Shown here piece after piece: positions 30,417 to 43,604 of a stretch of DNA of 64,000 bases. The notes below the pieces were generated by a model. The model had not been told where the DNA came from. It made no database searches and worked only from the letters and a program-made list of their open reading frames with translations. The DNA comes from an uncultured Nitrospinota bacterium. GTDB taxonomy: Bacteria; Tectomicrobia; Entotheonellia; J063; CAVPRW01. The stretch spans positions 19,500-83,499 of the forward strand of contig CAVPRW010000033.1 in the NCBI GenBank assembly GCA_963707985.1, given 5' to 3'. Made by a program: the position numbers and the translations under genes. Each line of letters begins with the position of its first letter. Within the stretch, counting starts at the first letter, position 1.

Positions 30417-31772
30417 ATGGCTGACGCAGCTAAAGTTATCGAAGAACTACGGGCGATCGTTGGCGTCGAGTGCGTCCAAGCCATGACGGCGCTGGATGCC
30501 TACCACGTTGACGGGCGGGCGCCCTGGGCCGTCATCACCCCCGGCGACATCAACCAGCTAGCGGCAGTGCTAGCGACGGCCCATCGCGAAGAACTGGCGG
30601 TCGTTCCCTGGGGTGGGGGAACAACGATGGCCATGGGGCACCCGCCAGAGCGGCTCGATCTCGTCCTGTCGTTAACGCGGCTCAATCGTGTCCTCGATCA
30701 CGAACCAGCAGACTTGACCGCCCGCGTGCAGGCTGGCATCACCATGGCTGCATTGCAGGCTCAATTGGGAAGCCGTCGGCAATGGTGGCCCGTCGACCCG
30801 CCTCTTCCCGCTACAGCAACGGTCGGGGGGGTGCTGGCGTCCAATGCCAGTGGGCCCAAGCGCTTGCTGTACGGCACAGCGCGCGACTTGCTCATCGGCA
30901 TCACCGTGGTACACGGTGATGGCACCATTTCGAAAGCTGGGGGGAAGGTCACTAAGAACGTCACCGGCTATGATATGATGAAGTTGTACATCGGTTCTCT
31001 CGGCACCCTTGCCGTCATCGCCGAGGCGACGCTCAAGCTTCGTCCCTTACCCTCAAACCAGGAACTCATATGGTCGACATTCTCCAGTCGCGAAGCCGCC
31101 ATAGAAACGGCTCAAACACTGATGGCTCGTGGATTGTTGCCGAATGCGGTGGAGTTGGTCAACCCACCTGTCACAGCCTGGTTGCGCCAGAAGCTCGATG
31201 GCCAGGAAGGGTGTGAAGGGTGGTCGCTTGTCGTCGGCATCGATGGTGCTGAACCGGCTGTCGTTCGGCAACGTCGCGAGATCGATACTCTCAGCCAGGC
31301 GGGCGGAGCCACCTCCTGCTGGACAGGCTCAGACGATGGACGCCTGTGGCAGGCATTGCAGAGTCGGTTTCGTCTCGAGGGTCCGGCGCGAGTGGGGCAC
31401 GTGGTCTGTCGAATTGGAACCGTCCGCACACACCTCGGCGCGATCCTTGACCGGTTCACCGAGCTGGGGTCCCGCCTGAACGCTCCTGCTGAGCTCTGTG
31501 CCCGTTTCGGCAACGGCCTCGTCTATGGGAGCTTTCCACTGCAAGAGGATGGCGAGGAACCAATAGACTTGATCCGGACGCTGACGGAGATACGTGCGGA
31601 TCTCGCCTCCAAACGGGGGTATCTGGTCGTTGAAAGCGCTCCCCCCGCGTTCAAAGCGTGGTTTGATTGCTGGGGAGATGTGGGTCCGCAAATTGAGGTC
31701 ATGGCTGGCCTCAAGCGTGCCTTCGACCCACGGCGGGTATTGAATCCGGGGCGTTTCGTGCATCATCTGTAA
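30417..31772 (+). CDS. glcE: Glycolate oxidase FAD-binding subunit GlcE-like
   Basis: GGKVTKNVTGYD, GSLGTL, FDP..VLNPGRF; lies between glcD and glcF. Confidence 0.88.
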   Translation: MADAAKVIEELRAIVGVECVQAMTALDAYHVDGRAPWAVITPGDINQLAAVLATAHREELAVVPWGGGTTMAMGHPPERLDLVLSLTRLNRVLDHEPADLTARVQAGITMAALQAQLGSRRQWWPVDPPLPATATVGGVLASNASGPKRLLYGTARDLLIGITVVHGDGTISKAGGKVTKNVTGYDMMKLYIGSLGTLAVIAEATLKLRPLPSNQELIWSTFSSREAAIETAQTLMARGLLPNAVELVNPPVTAWLRQKLDGQEGCEGWSLVVGIDGAEPAVVRQRREIDTLSQAGGATSCWTGSDDGRLWQALQSRFRLEGPARVGHVVCRIGTVRTHLGAILDRFTELGSRLNAPAELCARFGNGLVYGSFPLQEDGEEPIDLIRTLTEIRADLASKRGYLVVESAPPAFKAWFDCWGDVGPQIEVMAGLKRAFDPRRVLNPGRFVHHL

Positions 31773-31785
31773 AAGAAGGGTTCCC

Positions 31786-33135
31786 ATGGCTGAGACGGGA
31801 TGGCAACTGCCTGCGACACTTGACGCACCTGATGGCCGCAAGCTGATGGAATGTGTCCATTGTGGGTTGTGCCTGCCAACCTGTCCGACCTATGCGGAAT
31901 TAGGGGTGGAGATGGACTCGCCGCGTGGGCGGATTTATCTCATGCGAGCGGTCGTCGAGGGCAAGCTGTCCCTCTCCGCTCCCTATCAGCAGCACATCTC
32001 CCAGTGCCTGGGGTGTCGGGCTTGCGAAACGGCCTGTCCTTCGGGAGTGCAATTCGGTCAGCTTATCGAAGGCGCGCGCGCGCAGATCGAACAAGCCGGT
32101 GCCCCCCACTATCCGCCTCTCGCCAGGTGGCTGCGAGCCCTGGCGTTTCGGGGCATTCTGCCACGTCCGATGGTCCTGCGCACCCTGGGAAACCTGTTGC
32201 TCTTCTACCAAGCCTCCGGTTTCCGAGCCTTGTTGAATTCCTCATCGATCAGGCGGTGGCTACCCAAGCGTCTGGCGGAGCTGGATCAGCTCCTGCCCAC
32301 GCTACCGAAGCGGGCCTATCGCGCGCGCTTACGAGAGGTGACACCAGCATTAGGAGAGCAGCGCGGACGGGTGGGCTTCGTTTCCGGGTGTGTGATGCCG
32401 ATTTTCTTCGCCCAGGTCAATGACGCCACGGTACGATTGCTGGCCGCCAACGGCTTCGAGGTGATTACCCCACGCACCCAGCGCTGCTGTGGGGCGCTGC
32501 ATGCGCATGCCGGTGAGCGGGAGGAGGCACGGCGACTAGCACGGCAGAACCTCGAAGCCTTCGCCCAGGCACGCGTCGACTGGATCGTCATTAACGCCGC
32601 CGGCTGCGGCGCCATGTTGAAAGAGTATCATGACTTACTGCAGCATGACCCTCTGTTGCGGGGTGCAGCGCGGCAATTCAGCGATCGTGTGCTGGATGTG
32701 AGCCAGTTTTTCGATCGTTTCCCGTTTCGTGGTCCACTCGGAGAGCTCAGATTGCGCGTGGCGTATGACGATCCCTGCCACTTGCTCCACGGGCAGCGGG
32801 TCAAGGAGGAGCCGCGTCGTCTGCTGCGCTCCATCCCAGGCTTGGAGCTGTTAGAGGTGCCGGAGTCGGATTGGTGTTGTGGCAGCGCGGGGATTTATAA
32901 TCTCGTCCATCCCGACCTGTCGCACCAGATTCTGGAACGCAAGATGAAACATCTCGCGGCTGTGAACCCCGACGTCATCACCACCGGGAACCCAGGTTGC
33001 CTGATCCAGCTTGGCATCGGGGTGAGGCAGCACGGCTTGAGCGCCGCGGTCGTCCATCCCGTCGAGTTGCTGCACCGGGCATATCTGGCCGCGACGGCCA
33101 AGCCTGTCCCTTACCCCTTGGACCACTTGCCCTAA
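31786..33135 (+). CDS. glcF: Glycolate oxidase Fe-S subunit GlcF
   Basis: CVHCGLCLPTCPTY, SPRGRI, CLGCRACETACPSGV, two CCG domains. Confidence 0.92.
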   Translation: MAETGWQLPATLDAPDGRKLMECVHCGLCLPTCPTYAELGVEMDSPRGRIYLMRAVVEGKLSLSAPYQQHISQCLGCRACETACPSGVQFGQLIEGARAQIEQAGAPHYPPLARWLRALAFRGILPRPMVLRTLGNLLLFYQASGFRALLNSSSIRRWLPKRLAELDQLLPTLPKRAYRARLREVTPALGEQRGRVGFVSGCVMPIFFAQVNDATVRLLAANGFEVITPRTQRCCGALHAHAGEREEARRLARQNLEAFAQARVDWIVINAAGCGAMLKEYHDLLQHDPLLRGAARQFSDRVLDVSQFFDRFPFRGPLGELRLRVAYDDPCHLLHGQRVKEEPRRLLRSIPGLELLEVPESDWCCGSAGIYNLVHPDLSHQILERKMKHLAAVNPDVITTGNPGCLIQLGIGVRQHGLSAAVVHPVELLHRAYLAATAKPVPYPLDHLP

Positions 33136-33145
33136 GAGCGCTTGC

Positions 33146-33845
<700 letters not shown>

Positions 33846-33856
<11 letters not shown>

Positions 33857-35225
33857 TCTCTTGACACCACAGGCTCTGGTCGTGGCCAAAGACTCGGATG
33901 ACGTCAAGGAGTTGCTGGAAGCGCTGGGCTCCTGGGGCTTCAAAACGGTCTGGGCCAAAGATGGTGAGGCGGGCTACAACGTGTTGGACGGCGCCGAGGT
34001 GTTCCATGCGCTGATTACGGAGCTCAATGTCCAGCGCATCGACGGGATGCGCCTGCTATCGGTGGCTAAACAGCGCAACCCGGAGATCTGCGTCATCACG
34101 ATCGCCAGCGATGCCGATATCGAGCTCGCCACCGAGGCCATGCGCCAGGGAGCCTACGATTTCCAGACCAAGCCGCTCAATCTCAAGAAGATGAAGGCCG
34201 TGCTCGATCGGGGCCTGTCGCTACAACGCCTCGCCCTCGAGGTCACCGATCTGCATCGCCGGCTCGATCAACGTTATGGCTTTCATAATCTTATCGGCAA
34301 CTCACGAGGGATGGTGGCCGTTTACAACATGATCCGGCAGATTGCCCCCACACGCGCCACCGTGCTGATCATGGGAGAAACGGGGACTGGCAAGGGCGTG
34401 GCGGCGCAAACGATCCATCAGAACAGCTCGCGCCGGGATGCCCCTTTCGTGACGCTGAACTGCGCCTCTCTGGCGGAGGGAGTGATCGAGAGTGAGCTCT
34501 TCGGTCACGAACGGGGTGCCTTTACGGGAGCTATCCAGACTCATAAAGGGCGCTTCGAGATCGCCGACGGTGGCACCCTGCTTTTGGACGAGGTCAGTGA
34601 GATGTCCCTGGCAACTCAGGCGAAACTGTTGCATGTGATCGAAGATCGCGAGTTTGAACGGGTCGGAGGGACGCGCCCGATCAAGGTCGATGCGCGCTTA
34701 ATCGCTGCCACGAACCGAGATCTGGAGCAACAGGTCAAGGAGGGCAAATTCCGCGAGGACCTGTTCTTCCGCCTCAAAGTGGTGACCATCAAGCTCCCGC
34801 CGTTGCGGGAGCGCAAGCAAGATATCCCACGTTTGGTAGAAGCGTTTCTCCATGAGTTCAATGTCGAGCATGAGAAGTACCTCACGGGGATTTCGCGGGG
34901 TGCGATAGATTTGCTCATGCAGTATTATTGGCCGGGAAATGTGCGTGAACTGAAGAATACGCTCGAAGGCATGGTCGTGCTCTCCGCCAGCGGCCGGATG
35001 CTGGATGTCGCCGATCTGCCGGAGCATATCCTTCGCCAAGTCGAGTTGCAGACGCCAGCGGCAGATATTCATGTGCGTGTGGGCATGACGATGGAGGAGA
35101 TCGAAAAGATCGCCATCGAACACACCCTCCGTTCGGTAGGATACGACAAACAAAAAGCCGCGGAGATCCTCGGCATCGGGCTGCGCACCCTCTATCGCAA
35201 GCAGAAGCGCTATCAGCTGGGGTAG
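33846..35225 (+). CDS. sigma54-dependent activator (NtrC family) with an atypical receiver domain
   Basis: GETGTGK, ESELFGHERGAFTGA, LDEV, WPGNVREL, C-terminal Fis-type HTH. Confidence 0.92.
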
Positions 35226-35481
35226 GGGAGGGATCTCTGCAGCGGGCCTCGGCAGTCATTGTCATCAACACCGTTGTCAAAGTGGCACAGGCCGTTTGGG
35301 GCACCGGGGACATGGCCAAGACTCTTGGGAAATCAACCTCCTAGTCATGGATTTAACGAGGGGAACAAGAGGAGCTCTGTTGTCATTTGGGCAAAGCGTG
35401 GTGGGTGTTGACGCCTCCCGCACGACGACCTGATACCTGCTAACCACCGTATGCCAAGGCATCATGCATTTGACCCAGGAA

Positions 35482-35497
35482 TGGCATAGCAATTGCT
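35482..35497 (+). promoter_or_regulatory. sigma54 (-24/-12) promoter upstream of groES
   Basis: TGGCAT-AGCAA-TTGCT with exact GG-N10-GC spacing. Confidence 0.7.
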
Positions 35498-35609
35498 CAT
35501 ACATAGTAGTGACCTCTGAGAGACAGAGGTGTGGCGATCGGTTTAAGAGCGGCCTGGCGAGAATTTCGCGGTGCGCTCACGACCTTGTGAAGAAATGGAG
35601 GATTGTCCC

Positions 35610-37558
<1,949 letters not shown>

Positions 37559-37661
37559 GGCGAACGCCCGAACTCCGGCTTATGCTTTAGTGGTATGCCG
37601 AGAGAGGATTGCCCGTATGCCCCACGCTGACGGGGGTAATCCTCTCCCGGCCGCTGTTCGT

Positions 37662-37701
37662 GACCTCAATCGACCCCCCAAGGGCTGGTTGAGGTCTTTT
37701 T
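37662..37701 (+). terminator. Intrinsic terminator after groEL
   Basis: GACCTCAATCGACCC...GGGCTGGTTGAGGTC stem followed by TTTTT; a second hairpin lies at 37602-37646. Confidence 0.7.
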
Positions 37702-37752
37702 GTAAATGACTCACGATCTTCACCTACCTCGACTCCAGCCAGGGAGAGAGCC

Positions 37753-38571
37753 GTGTCATCCCCTCTGTTCCTGTGGAATCATCTCACAACGCTTCTCCAG
37801 CGCTGCGTCGTTCATGACTGCTGCGTCCTCTTCCTAGATTATGATGGCACACTCGCACCCATCGTCGAAGACCCTGCAGCCGCGCATATGGCCCCGGCCA
37901 TGCAACATGTGCTCGCCGCCCTGGTGCAGCACCCGCGTTATCGCGTCGCCATCGTCAGCGGTCGAGCCTTGGCAGACCTTCGGACGCGCCTGTGGGGACA
38001 GGGGTTGTACCTAGCCGGGAACCATGGCCTGGAGATCGACGGACCAGGGCTCCGCTACAATCACCCCGAGGCTTGGCGGGTACGACCTGAGCTCGATTCT
38101 CTGGTGCAGGCGATGACAAGTGATTTGGAGCCAATCCCAGGGGCTTGGGTCGAGGACAAGGGGTTGACCCTCAGTGTGCACTTCCGGCGTGTGCCCTTGG
38201 CTCGCGTGCCCGAGGTCAAGGCACACCTGCTCAAACGTGCTGGCCCTGGCATCGATGCTGGACGGCTGGCGCTGAGAACCGGTAAGGCTGTCCTGGAGAT
38301 CAGGCCGCACGTCGAGTGGTCGAAGGGAGAGGCGGTGAGTTGGATTCTAGAACAGATCCGTCTGGAGAACCCGGTGGCCAGTGTGCTGGCACTCTACCTC
38401 GGCGATGATGACACCGATGAGGATGCTTTCCGCGTCCTGGCCTCTACTGGCGTCGGCATTGTTGTGGGGAACGATCGCCACGGCTCTGCGGCCCAATTTT
38501 ACGTGGAATCGACCACGGAGGTCGAGCGCTTGCTCTCGCGGCTAAGCACCTTATCCTGGCCAGCGACCTAG
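37753..38571 (+). CDS. otsB: Trehalose-6-phosphate phosphatase
   Basis: FLDYDGTLAPI, VSGR, GNHGLEI, EIRP...KG, GDDDTDEDAF. Confidence 0.92.
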   Translation: MSSPLFLWNHLTTLLQRCVVHDCCVLFLDYDGTLAPIVEDPAAAHMAPAMQHVLAALVQHPRYRVAIVSGRALADLRTRLWGQGLYLAGNHGLEIDGPGLRYNHPEAWRVRPELDSLVQAMTSDLEPIPGAWVEDKGLTLSVHFRRVPLARVPEVKAHLLKRAGPGIDAGRLALRTGKAVLEIRPHVEWSKGEAVSWILEQIRLENPVASVLALYLGDDDTDEDAFRVLASTGVGIVVGNDRHGSAAQFYVESTTEVERLLSRLSTLSWPAT

Positions 38572-38706
38572 CAGGCGCCAGACAGCAAAAATACCCCCCG
38601 AAACCGACTATGCCAAGCGTCTCCCGTCGATCCTCAGGTCCGTGTCGTGACTCAATGGGGCGGGATTGGCCAGACCTGAAGCGGAGTGGTCGCACTGGGG
38701 GAGAAT

Positions 38707-39564
38707 ATGCATCGATTCTTAAAGCGTCATGCCCTTGACAGCCTGTTGCTGCTACCCCTGTTCGGCTACCTATTTGTCCTCACCGGCCTGCCATTGCTGT
38801 CGTCTCTGGTGCTAAGCTTTACGGAAGGGGAAGCGGGACTTTTTCCATCCCTGGCCAATTATCGCCTACTCCTACGCGAGAGTCAGTTTCTCCTGGCCCT
38901 ACGCAACACGCTGTGGCTCGCGGGACTGGGCATAATTCTGCAACTTCTCACCGGGTTGGGGGTAGCACTGGTGCTGCACCAACTCATCCTGGGACGCGGC
39001 CTTGTGCGAACCATCGTACTGACCCCTCTCGGTGTCCCGACCATCGTCGCTGGTGTAATGTTTACCTATGTGTTCGGAAGTGCGGGGTATCTGAACGAGA
39101 TCCTGCATCGTCTGGGAGCCATTGACACGCCCGTCGACTGGCTCGGGGGCGATTGGCGCAGCCTCGGGGTCATCTTGATGGCCGAGCTCTGGAAAGTCAC
39201 GCCTTTGGTCACCCTCATCCTGTTAGCTGGTCTGGAGAGCGTTCCCGAGAGCACGCTTGAAGCAGCGGCGGTCGATGGGGCGGGGGCGTTGCGCCGATTC
39301 TGGCACATCACGCTTCCTCTGCTGCGTCCGTCATTGATCACGGCCGTGGTTCTGCGGGCGACCGACGCGTTGCGGATTTTTGAGCTCCCCCTGATTCTGA
39401 CTGGAAAGAGCGTGCCAGTTCTGGGGACATTCGCCTATAGCGAATATTACGAATACTACAACCCATACACCTCCGCCGCGGCAGCAAATCTGCTGCTGGG
39501 GATGGTGGTGCTCTGCGTCGTGAGCTACCTATTTCTGATGACGCGTCGACAGGGAGAGTCTTGA
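38707..39564 (+). CDS. Sugar ABC transporter permease
   Basis: EAAAVDGAG...FWHITLPLLRP loop; TM helices. Confidence 0.9.
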   Translation: MHRFLKRHALDSLLLLPLFGYLFVLTGLPLLSSLVLSFTEGEAGLFPSLANYRLLLRESQFLLALRNTLWLAGLGIILQLLTGLGVALVLHQLILGRGLVRTIVLTPLGVPTIVAGVMFTYVFGSAGYLNEILHRLGAIDTPVDWLGGDWRSLGVILMAELWKVTPLVTLILLAGLESVPESTLEAAAVDGAGALRRFWHITLPLLRPSLITAVVLRATDALRIFELPLILTGKSVPVLGTFAYSEYYEYYNPYTSAAAANLLLGMVVLCVVSYLFLMTRRQGES

Positions 39565-40379
39565 TGAAACGGACGCGTTTGGTAACGTGGTGGTATGGCG
39601 GAGCCTTCGTAGCGGTGCTCTTCACGCTCTTCCCACTATACCTGCTGGTGAAGATCTCTGTGAGCCCGCCAGCTGAGGTGTTCACCCCCCACCCGAGCTT
39701 CGCCCTACATGCGGTGACCAGCGAGCACTGGCAGACTCTCCTGACCGCCGGTACTGTGTCGCGGCCGTTGAGCAGGAGTCTACTGGTGGCGACGTGGACG
39801 ATGCTGGGCGCCATTGGGCTGGCCGCCCCAGCAGCGTATGTGATGGCGCGCATGCCTCAACCCTGGAAATATGGGTTGCTCTTAAGCCTCTTCGCCAGCC
39901 GCATGATCCCCGAAGTCGGCATTGCGCTGCCTGTGGCAGTGCGGTTCCTGCAGTGGGGTCTGATGGACACTGAGCTCGGACTCGTGCTGGCACACCTCAT
40001 CAAGACACTCCCCTTTGTCGCATGGATTCTGGTGGCTACGTTTGAAACAATTCCAGTAGAGCTTGAAGAGGCGGCGGCGGTCGATGGGTGCCATCGCCTG
40101 GGCATCTTGGCACGTGTCGTGTTCCCCTTGGCGGCACCGGGAATGGCTGTAGCGGCACTTTTCGCCTGGTTGGAGTCCTGGAACGAGTTTACCTATGCGC
40201 TGTATTTGAGCCTTACAGAGAACACCCTGCCCCTGCAGGTCTATTACTACGTCACGCGAGGCAACTGGTTTGATGCGGCGACCTATGCCACGTTGCTCAC
40301 GGTGCCCGTGATGGTCGTGACCGCGTGCTTGCAACGTTACCTGAAGGCCGGCTATCTCGCCGGAGCGATCAAGGGCTAG
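39564..40379 (+). CDS. Carbohydrate ABC transporter permease
   Basis: IPVELEEAAAVDG, SWNEF, GAIKG terminus. Confidence 0.9.
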   Translation: MKRTRLVTWWYGGAFVAVLFTLFPLYLLVKISVSPPAEVFTPHPSFALHAVTSEHWQTLLTAGTVSRPLSRSLLVATWTMLGAIGLAAPAAYVMARMPQPWKYGLLLSLFASRMIPEVGIALPVAVRFLQWGLMDTELGLVLAHLIKTLPFVAWILVATFETIPVELEEAAAVDGCHRLGILARVVFPLAAPGMAVAALFAWLESWNEFTYALYLSLTENTLPLQVYYYVTRGNWFDAATYATLLTVPVMVVTACLQRYLKAGYLAGAIKG

Positions 40380-40389
40380 GAGAAGGGCC

Positions 40390-41592
40390 ATGACATGCGG
40401 CCGGGTGCTACTGGTGGGGATGGCTTGCTTGCTGCTGGTGGGACGAGCCGACGCTGTTACTGAGCTGTCCGTGATGATGGGCCTCGGCGAAATCGAGTGG
40501 CGGACGATGCGCGAACGCATTTTCCCACCCTTTGAGCAGCAACACGGCGTCATCATTCGGAGCGTGCAAGCGGAGGCTGCTGACGCGGTCAAAAAACTGG
40601 TGGCCATGCATCGCGCCGGCCGTATGCAGGTCGATCTCATTGCTCAGGACATACTGTTATTGCAACCGCTTGTGGATGCCGGTGTGATGGAGGACCTGTC
40701 GGACTCGCAGCCCGACATTCCCCCGACCGTGCTGCCGCAATTGGTCGAGGTAGGCACCTTCGACGGCACGATCTATTTCATGCCCTATCGTCCGAACGTC
40801 CAGATCGCCTACTATCATGCCACAAAATTTGCGGCGTACGGTATGCAACCGCCCCAGACATGGGACGAGCTGCTGGCGGTGGCCCAACGTTTCAAGTCAG
40901 AAGAAGGTGTTGGCCGGGTGTTGCTACACGGTACCCTCGACCTGAATACGACGACACATGTGATCGAGTTCATTTGGGCGGCAGGGGGCAACCCGCTGGT
41001 CCTGAATGACCAGGGCAGCGTGCAGGCATTCACCTTTCTCCGCCAGCTCGCCGCGGCGCTGGCGCCCGAGACGCGGCGGGCCAATTGGAATACCACCAAT
41101 AGCTTCCTCGGCACCGAGTCGGTATATCTGGCACGCAATTGGCCCTTCGGTGTACACTTGCTCGTCCAGCAAGCGGGGAAAACCCAAATCAAGGCCTATG
41201 CCGGTTGGCGGGGACCCGTGCGGCAGGCCCATGTGTTGGGAGGCGAGGTGCTTGGCATCCCCAAGGGTGCCCCGCACCGAGATCTGGCGCTTGCGCTCAT
41301 GCGGTATCTGATGTCAAGGCCTGTGCAAGAGTCCCTGGTCTCGGCCCTTGGTTGGCCCTCTTTCCGCAGCGATGCCTATGGTACGATCGAACCCTGGCAG
41401 ACCCCTTACTTTGCAGCCGTCCAGGAAGCCTTGGGTCATGCCCATCCAAGGCCCCACGTGCCGACGTGGTCCGAGGTTGATCGGGCGCTGAATGGAGCGT
41501 TTCGGGAGATCGTGTACGAAGGCAAGCCGGTGCAAGCGGTTTTGGATCGCTATCACCGCCAACTCCAGGAGGCCCAGAAACGGTCGAGGTGA
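40390..41592 (+). CDS. Sugar ABC substrate-binding protein
   Basis: Signal peptide; PPQTWDELL, RNWPF, LGGEVLGI. Confidence 0.88.
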   Translation: MTCGRVLLVGMACLLLVGRADAVTELSVMMGLGEIEWRTMRERIFPPFEQQHGVIIRSVQAEAADAVKKLVAMHRAGRMQVDLIAQDILLLQPLVDAGVMEDLSDSQPDIPPTVLPQLVEVGTFDGTIYFMPYRPNVQIAYYHATKFAAYGMQPPQTWDELLAVAQRFKSEEGVGRVLLHGTLDLNTTTHVIEFIWAAGGNPLVLNDQGSVQAFTFLRQLAAALAPETRRANWNTTNSFLGTESVYLARNWPFGVHLLVQQAGKTQIKAYAGWRGPVRQAHVLGGEVLGIPKGAPHRDLALALMRYLMSRPVQESLVSALGWPSFRSDAYGTIEPWQTPYFAAVQEALGHAHPRPHVPTWSEVDRALNGAFREIVYEGKPVQAVLDRYHRQLQEAQKRSR

Positions 41593-42134
41593 GGTGACTG
41601 CAGCCACGAAGTGGACCACGTCGCGTCCGCCGCCACCGCTCCAGCATGCTAGGGGTCACGGCTGCACGACCAGAGGCGGTGGAATCACTAGTAGACATCC
41701 ACGCAGCTGCATCATATATTGATCGTTGCTGGGCTGGCTACGAGCAGCATATCGTTTCTCAAGCATGCATCTATCCGAGTAGATTGGGTTTCTATTCCTA
41801 CCCCGCGGCGCCTCTGATTATCATGCCGGCAGTTGATCACTCCTCAGCTTTAGCCGCGGCACAAGTGCCTACATGCCCATCGCTAGTCGCTATACAATTG
41901 GGGGGAAGGGGATTCACGAGTACATCGACCGTAGTGCTGATGCTAACTGGCTAGACGATGAACAGCGTTCGTTGCAGTGCCTGTTAGACGCTGCCTGCGA
42001 ATCCATGCGATGCCATGAGGTATCAGCCAAAACCGCCTCTATTCTCGACCGTTTGAAGAGGCTGGCGGACAACGAATCCGAGACATTTGGCAACCAATAT
42101 ATCCTGAGAGGTTATTGAGCACCGGGAGGGACTG

Positions 42135-43517
42135 ATGAACCCCCAAATATTCCGGGAGTACGATATTCGTGGTGTCGTGGGGCAAGACTTTGCCGAGGCC
42201 GATGTGGAGCGCATCGGTCTCGCCTTCGGCACCTATGTCCGCCAACAGGGTGGCAAGCGTTTGGCGGTAGGTCGCGATCACCGACTCAGCTCGGAGTCAT
42301 TTGGTATGGCCCTTACCAAAGGACTACAGGCTACCGGTTGCGATATTGTCGATATTGGTCTTGTGCCAACTCCTGTGCTTTATTTCTCTCTCTTCCATCT
42401 GAACACTGATGGCGGGTGCATGATTACCGCCTCGCATAATCCTGCTGAGTATAACGGCATCAAGCTCTGCCTGGGTAAAGCTGCCCTGCACGGCAAAGAC
42501 ATTCAACATATTGGTCGCCTCGCGGAGCACGGGCCATTCGCCGCAGGTCCCTCGCAGCGCACAGAGGCTGAGGTCATTGCCCCCTATATGGCGTATATCA
42601 CCAATCAGATTCGACTTCGTCGTCCGCTGCGCGTTGTGGTCGATTCCGGGAACGGCACGTCGGGACTCATCATCCAGGATTTACTCCGACGTCTGGGCTG
42701 TGAAGTGTATGAGCTGTTCTGTGAGGTCGACGGGACCTTTCCAAACCACCATCCCGATCCCACCGTGCCAGAGAATCTGACCGATATCATCCGCGAAGTA
42801 AAGGTGCGTCAGGCCGACGTTGGTCTGGCCTATGATGGTGATTCCGATCGTCTGGGCGTCATCGATGAAAGGGGCGAGATCATCTGGGGGGACCGACTAC
42901 TGGCGTTGTTTGCACGGGAGATTTTGAGCCGCCAGCCGGGCGCCAAGGTGATCTTCGATGTCAAATGCTCACAGGTTTTGGTCGATGACATCCGTCAACA
43001 CGGGGGCAAACCCATTATGTGGATGACGGGCCATTCGCTTATTAAGAAAAAACTCTATGAAGAACACGCGGCATTGGCAGGGGAAATGAGCGGCCATCTG
43101 TTCTTTGCCGACGGATATTTTGGCTACGATGATGCACTGTACGCCTCGTGCCGGCTGTTGCAAATTCTCGACCGCGCCAACGCCCCCCTCAGCACCCTCT
43201 TAGCCGATCTTCCTGTGACCTATAGCACGCCAGAAATCAGGGTGGCCTGCTCTGATGAAGATAAATTTGGGGTAGTCGAGCAGGTGAAGGGCATGTTTCA
43301 GCAGGAAGACCAAGTACGCGAAGTGGTCACGATCGACGGGGCACGCATCATCTTTGCCGATGGATGGGGATTGGTAAGGGCTTCGAACACACAGCCAGGG
43401 TTGGTCCTCCGCTTTGAAGCCACCACGGCAGAGCGTTTAGAGGCTATTCAAACCTTCGTGGAAGAGAAATTACGGGGATTCCCGAGCGTCAAGCTCGATG
43501 AGATGCCTTCCCATTAA
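42135..43517 (+). CDS. Phosphomannomutase/phosphoglucomutase
   Basis: IFREYDIRG, TASHNP, DGDSDR, GEMSGH, RASNT. Confidence 0.95.
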   Translation: MNPQIFREYDIRGVVGQDFAEADVERIGLAFGTYVRQQGGKRLAVGRDHRLSSESFGMALTKGLQATGCDIVDIGLVPTPVLYFSLFHLNTDGGCMITASHNPAEYNGIKLCLGKAALHGKDIQHIGRLAEHGPFAAGPSQRTEAEVIAPYMAYITNQIRLRRPLRVVVDSGNGTSGLIIQDLLRRLGCEVYELFCEVDGTFPNHHPDPTVPENLTDIIREVKVRQADVGLAYDGDSDRLGVIDERGEIIWGDRLLALFAREILSRQPGAKVIFDVKCSQVLVDDIRQHGGKPIMWMTGHSLIKKKLYEEHAALAGEMSGHLFFADGYFGYDDALYASCRLLQILDRANAPLSTLLADLPVTYSTPEIRVACSDEDKFGVVEQVKGMFQQEDQVREVVTIDGARIIFADGWGLVRASNTQPGLVLRFEATTAERLEAIQTFVEEKLRGFPSVKLDEMPSH

Positions 43518-43556
43518 GGATAAGAGTCCTTAGGGGTAAGTATCTCGATCCCTGCA

Positions 43557-43589
43557 CCGACGTCCGCGCCCGCTGGGGGAGGACGTCGG
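43557..43589. terminator. Hairpin between convergent genes
   Basis: CCGACGTCC...GGACGTCGG inverted repeat; no clear U-tract. Confidence 0.4.
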
Positions 43590-43604
43590 CACCTCCTCAG
43601 AAAC

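Noticed and set aside
35283..35300. TGGCAC as a second sigma54 promoter
   Set aside because: No GC at the -12 position at the required spacing.
41593..42134. Short ORFs or an ncRNA in the gap before PMM/PGM
   Set aside because: No RBS, motif or convincing structure.
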